The translations under genes were made by a program, and so were the position numbers. Positions 63,010 to 64,000 of a stretch of DNA of 64,000 nt are shown in pieces. The stretch comes from Amoeboaphelidium protococcarum X5 (taxonomy: Eukaryota; Fungi; Aphelidiomycota): the NCBI GenBank assembly GCA_023515725.1, contig JALDTO010000179.1:392053-456052 (forward strand), in the 5' to 3' direction. The notes beneath the pieces were generated by a model, which had not been told where the DNA came from, ran no database searches, and worked only from the letters and a program-made list of their open reading frames with translations. How positions within the stretch are numbered: the first letter of the stretch is position 1; the number at the start of each line of letters is the position of its first letter.

Positions 63010-64000
63010 ATGAGTGGTAATAGTAATTTGAGTCCTGAATAGAAGGCGCGAATTGAAAGAAATAAGCGTGATGCTTTGGAGCGTAGGGCTAAGGCGAACG
63101 TTGTAGCACCACCGAGTTAGTCCAAGTAGAACATTGATGAGCATACTACTACACGCGATTTAAGTAATAGTAAAAAATCAATGAAAGATTGGGCACCAAA
63201 GAAAAAGTATGTGGATTACGATCTGTCACAAATTAAAGATTCTAAAGGTGGATTCTTGGTTGAAACTGATGGTAGCGCGGGTAGTATTAACGCCCAACAA
63301 CAAAAGAAGAAGAAAAACGTCATATATGAGCATTTGATGATACCGGCGAACGTGCCACTCACAACGTCGTTTTCAGATTCTGTGATGCAAAATGAATTGA
63401 GCCTGCAGTTGGAATGCGCGGAATGCCAGTCTGCAAATGTGAATATGAATTACTTAACTCATTATCTCTACATGGTGTGTAATGATTGTATCAGCCGAGT
63501 ACCGGAAAAGTATACGCTGCTGACCAAGACTGAGATTATTGAAGATTACTTGATTACAGATGAAGAAATCAAGTCTGTCAGTGAAAGCAGTCTCACTAAG
63601 CCTTTCAGTTATGAATTATTGCTTGCGTAATAGAGAAAGTCCAGTTTAAGTAATCAAGATAAAAGTGCTGAAACTCCATCTCAACAGAATGAAGTCCGAT
63701 CGAATAAAGTCGTTGGCAAAGTTCTTCGGTATTGGGAGAAACCGAATCCGCATAGAAGTACATACGCCAAAATGCATCTATTTCTGCGATGTTAAGTGGA
63801 GGATTACGTGTTCAAGCATGTGTGGAAGAGTGAAGAGGAGCTGGATGCAGAGTTTGAGAGGCGCGATGAACTTAAACGTAAACGTGCCGAGTCAAAGCGA
63901 AAGAGCAATTTGCGTGACATGAAGAAACGCGTCAGAACTAGTCTGCTCAATGAATAAGGAAACAACAGAACGGCACAGGAGTCTTCTGATTCTAGAAAGC
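63010..64000 (+). CDS. RAD14: DNA damage recognition protein XPA/Rad14 (runs off the window end)
   Basis: LSPEQKARIERNK, YVDYDLSQIKDSKGGFL, C4 finger (CAEC..CNDC), KYTLLTKTE..DYLITDEE, KPNPH..MHLFLRCQVE. Confidence 0.94.

Overview
Gene-dense eukaryotic, fungus-related genomic DNA that uses a non-standard nuclear code: TAA and TAG encode Gln and TGA is the only stop (translation table 6). The supplied standard-code ORF track is therefore fragmented. Re-reading by hand gives about 40 protein genes, each ending in TGA. The code plus fungal-type genes (Vam7, Nrd1/Seb1) best fit an aphelid such as Amoeboaphelidium protococcarum (inference). Housekeeping genes: SEC23, ceramide synthase, EMC2, USP, TMEM70-like, Nrd1/Seb1, NT5C3, PPCS, proteasome alpha2, DONSON-like, Vti1-like, PUS1, dolichol kinase, BCAT, SPP, RNF10/Mag2, MscS-like, Vam7, Yaf9, Ada2, Hel2/ZNF598, GDAP1-like GST, UGDH, TAF8/TAF3-like, MAPR, PITH, ZUP1, PXMP4, XPA. 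The most interesting signals are: (1) a three-gene LIM cluster at 52.2-57.4 kb, in which two genes join LIM zinc fingers to a C-terminal WH2-C-C-acidic(Trp) Arp2/3-activating module, an architecture I do not recognise among known WASP-family nucleation-promoting factors; (2) all 11 inferred introns (49-69 nt) end in the same extended acceptor WRTGTAG; (3) an accessory stretch at 46.3-52 kb with a Crinkler-like gene, a GPI-tailed subtilisin, a decayed repeat-flanked element and a secreted App1-like phosphatase, plus an HNH nuclease pseudogene at about 30 kb. All calls come from manual translation and motif recognition, with no database searches.
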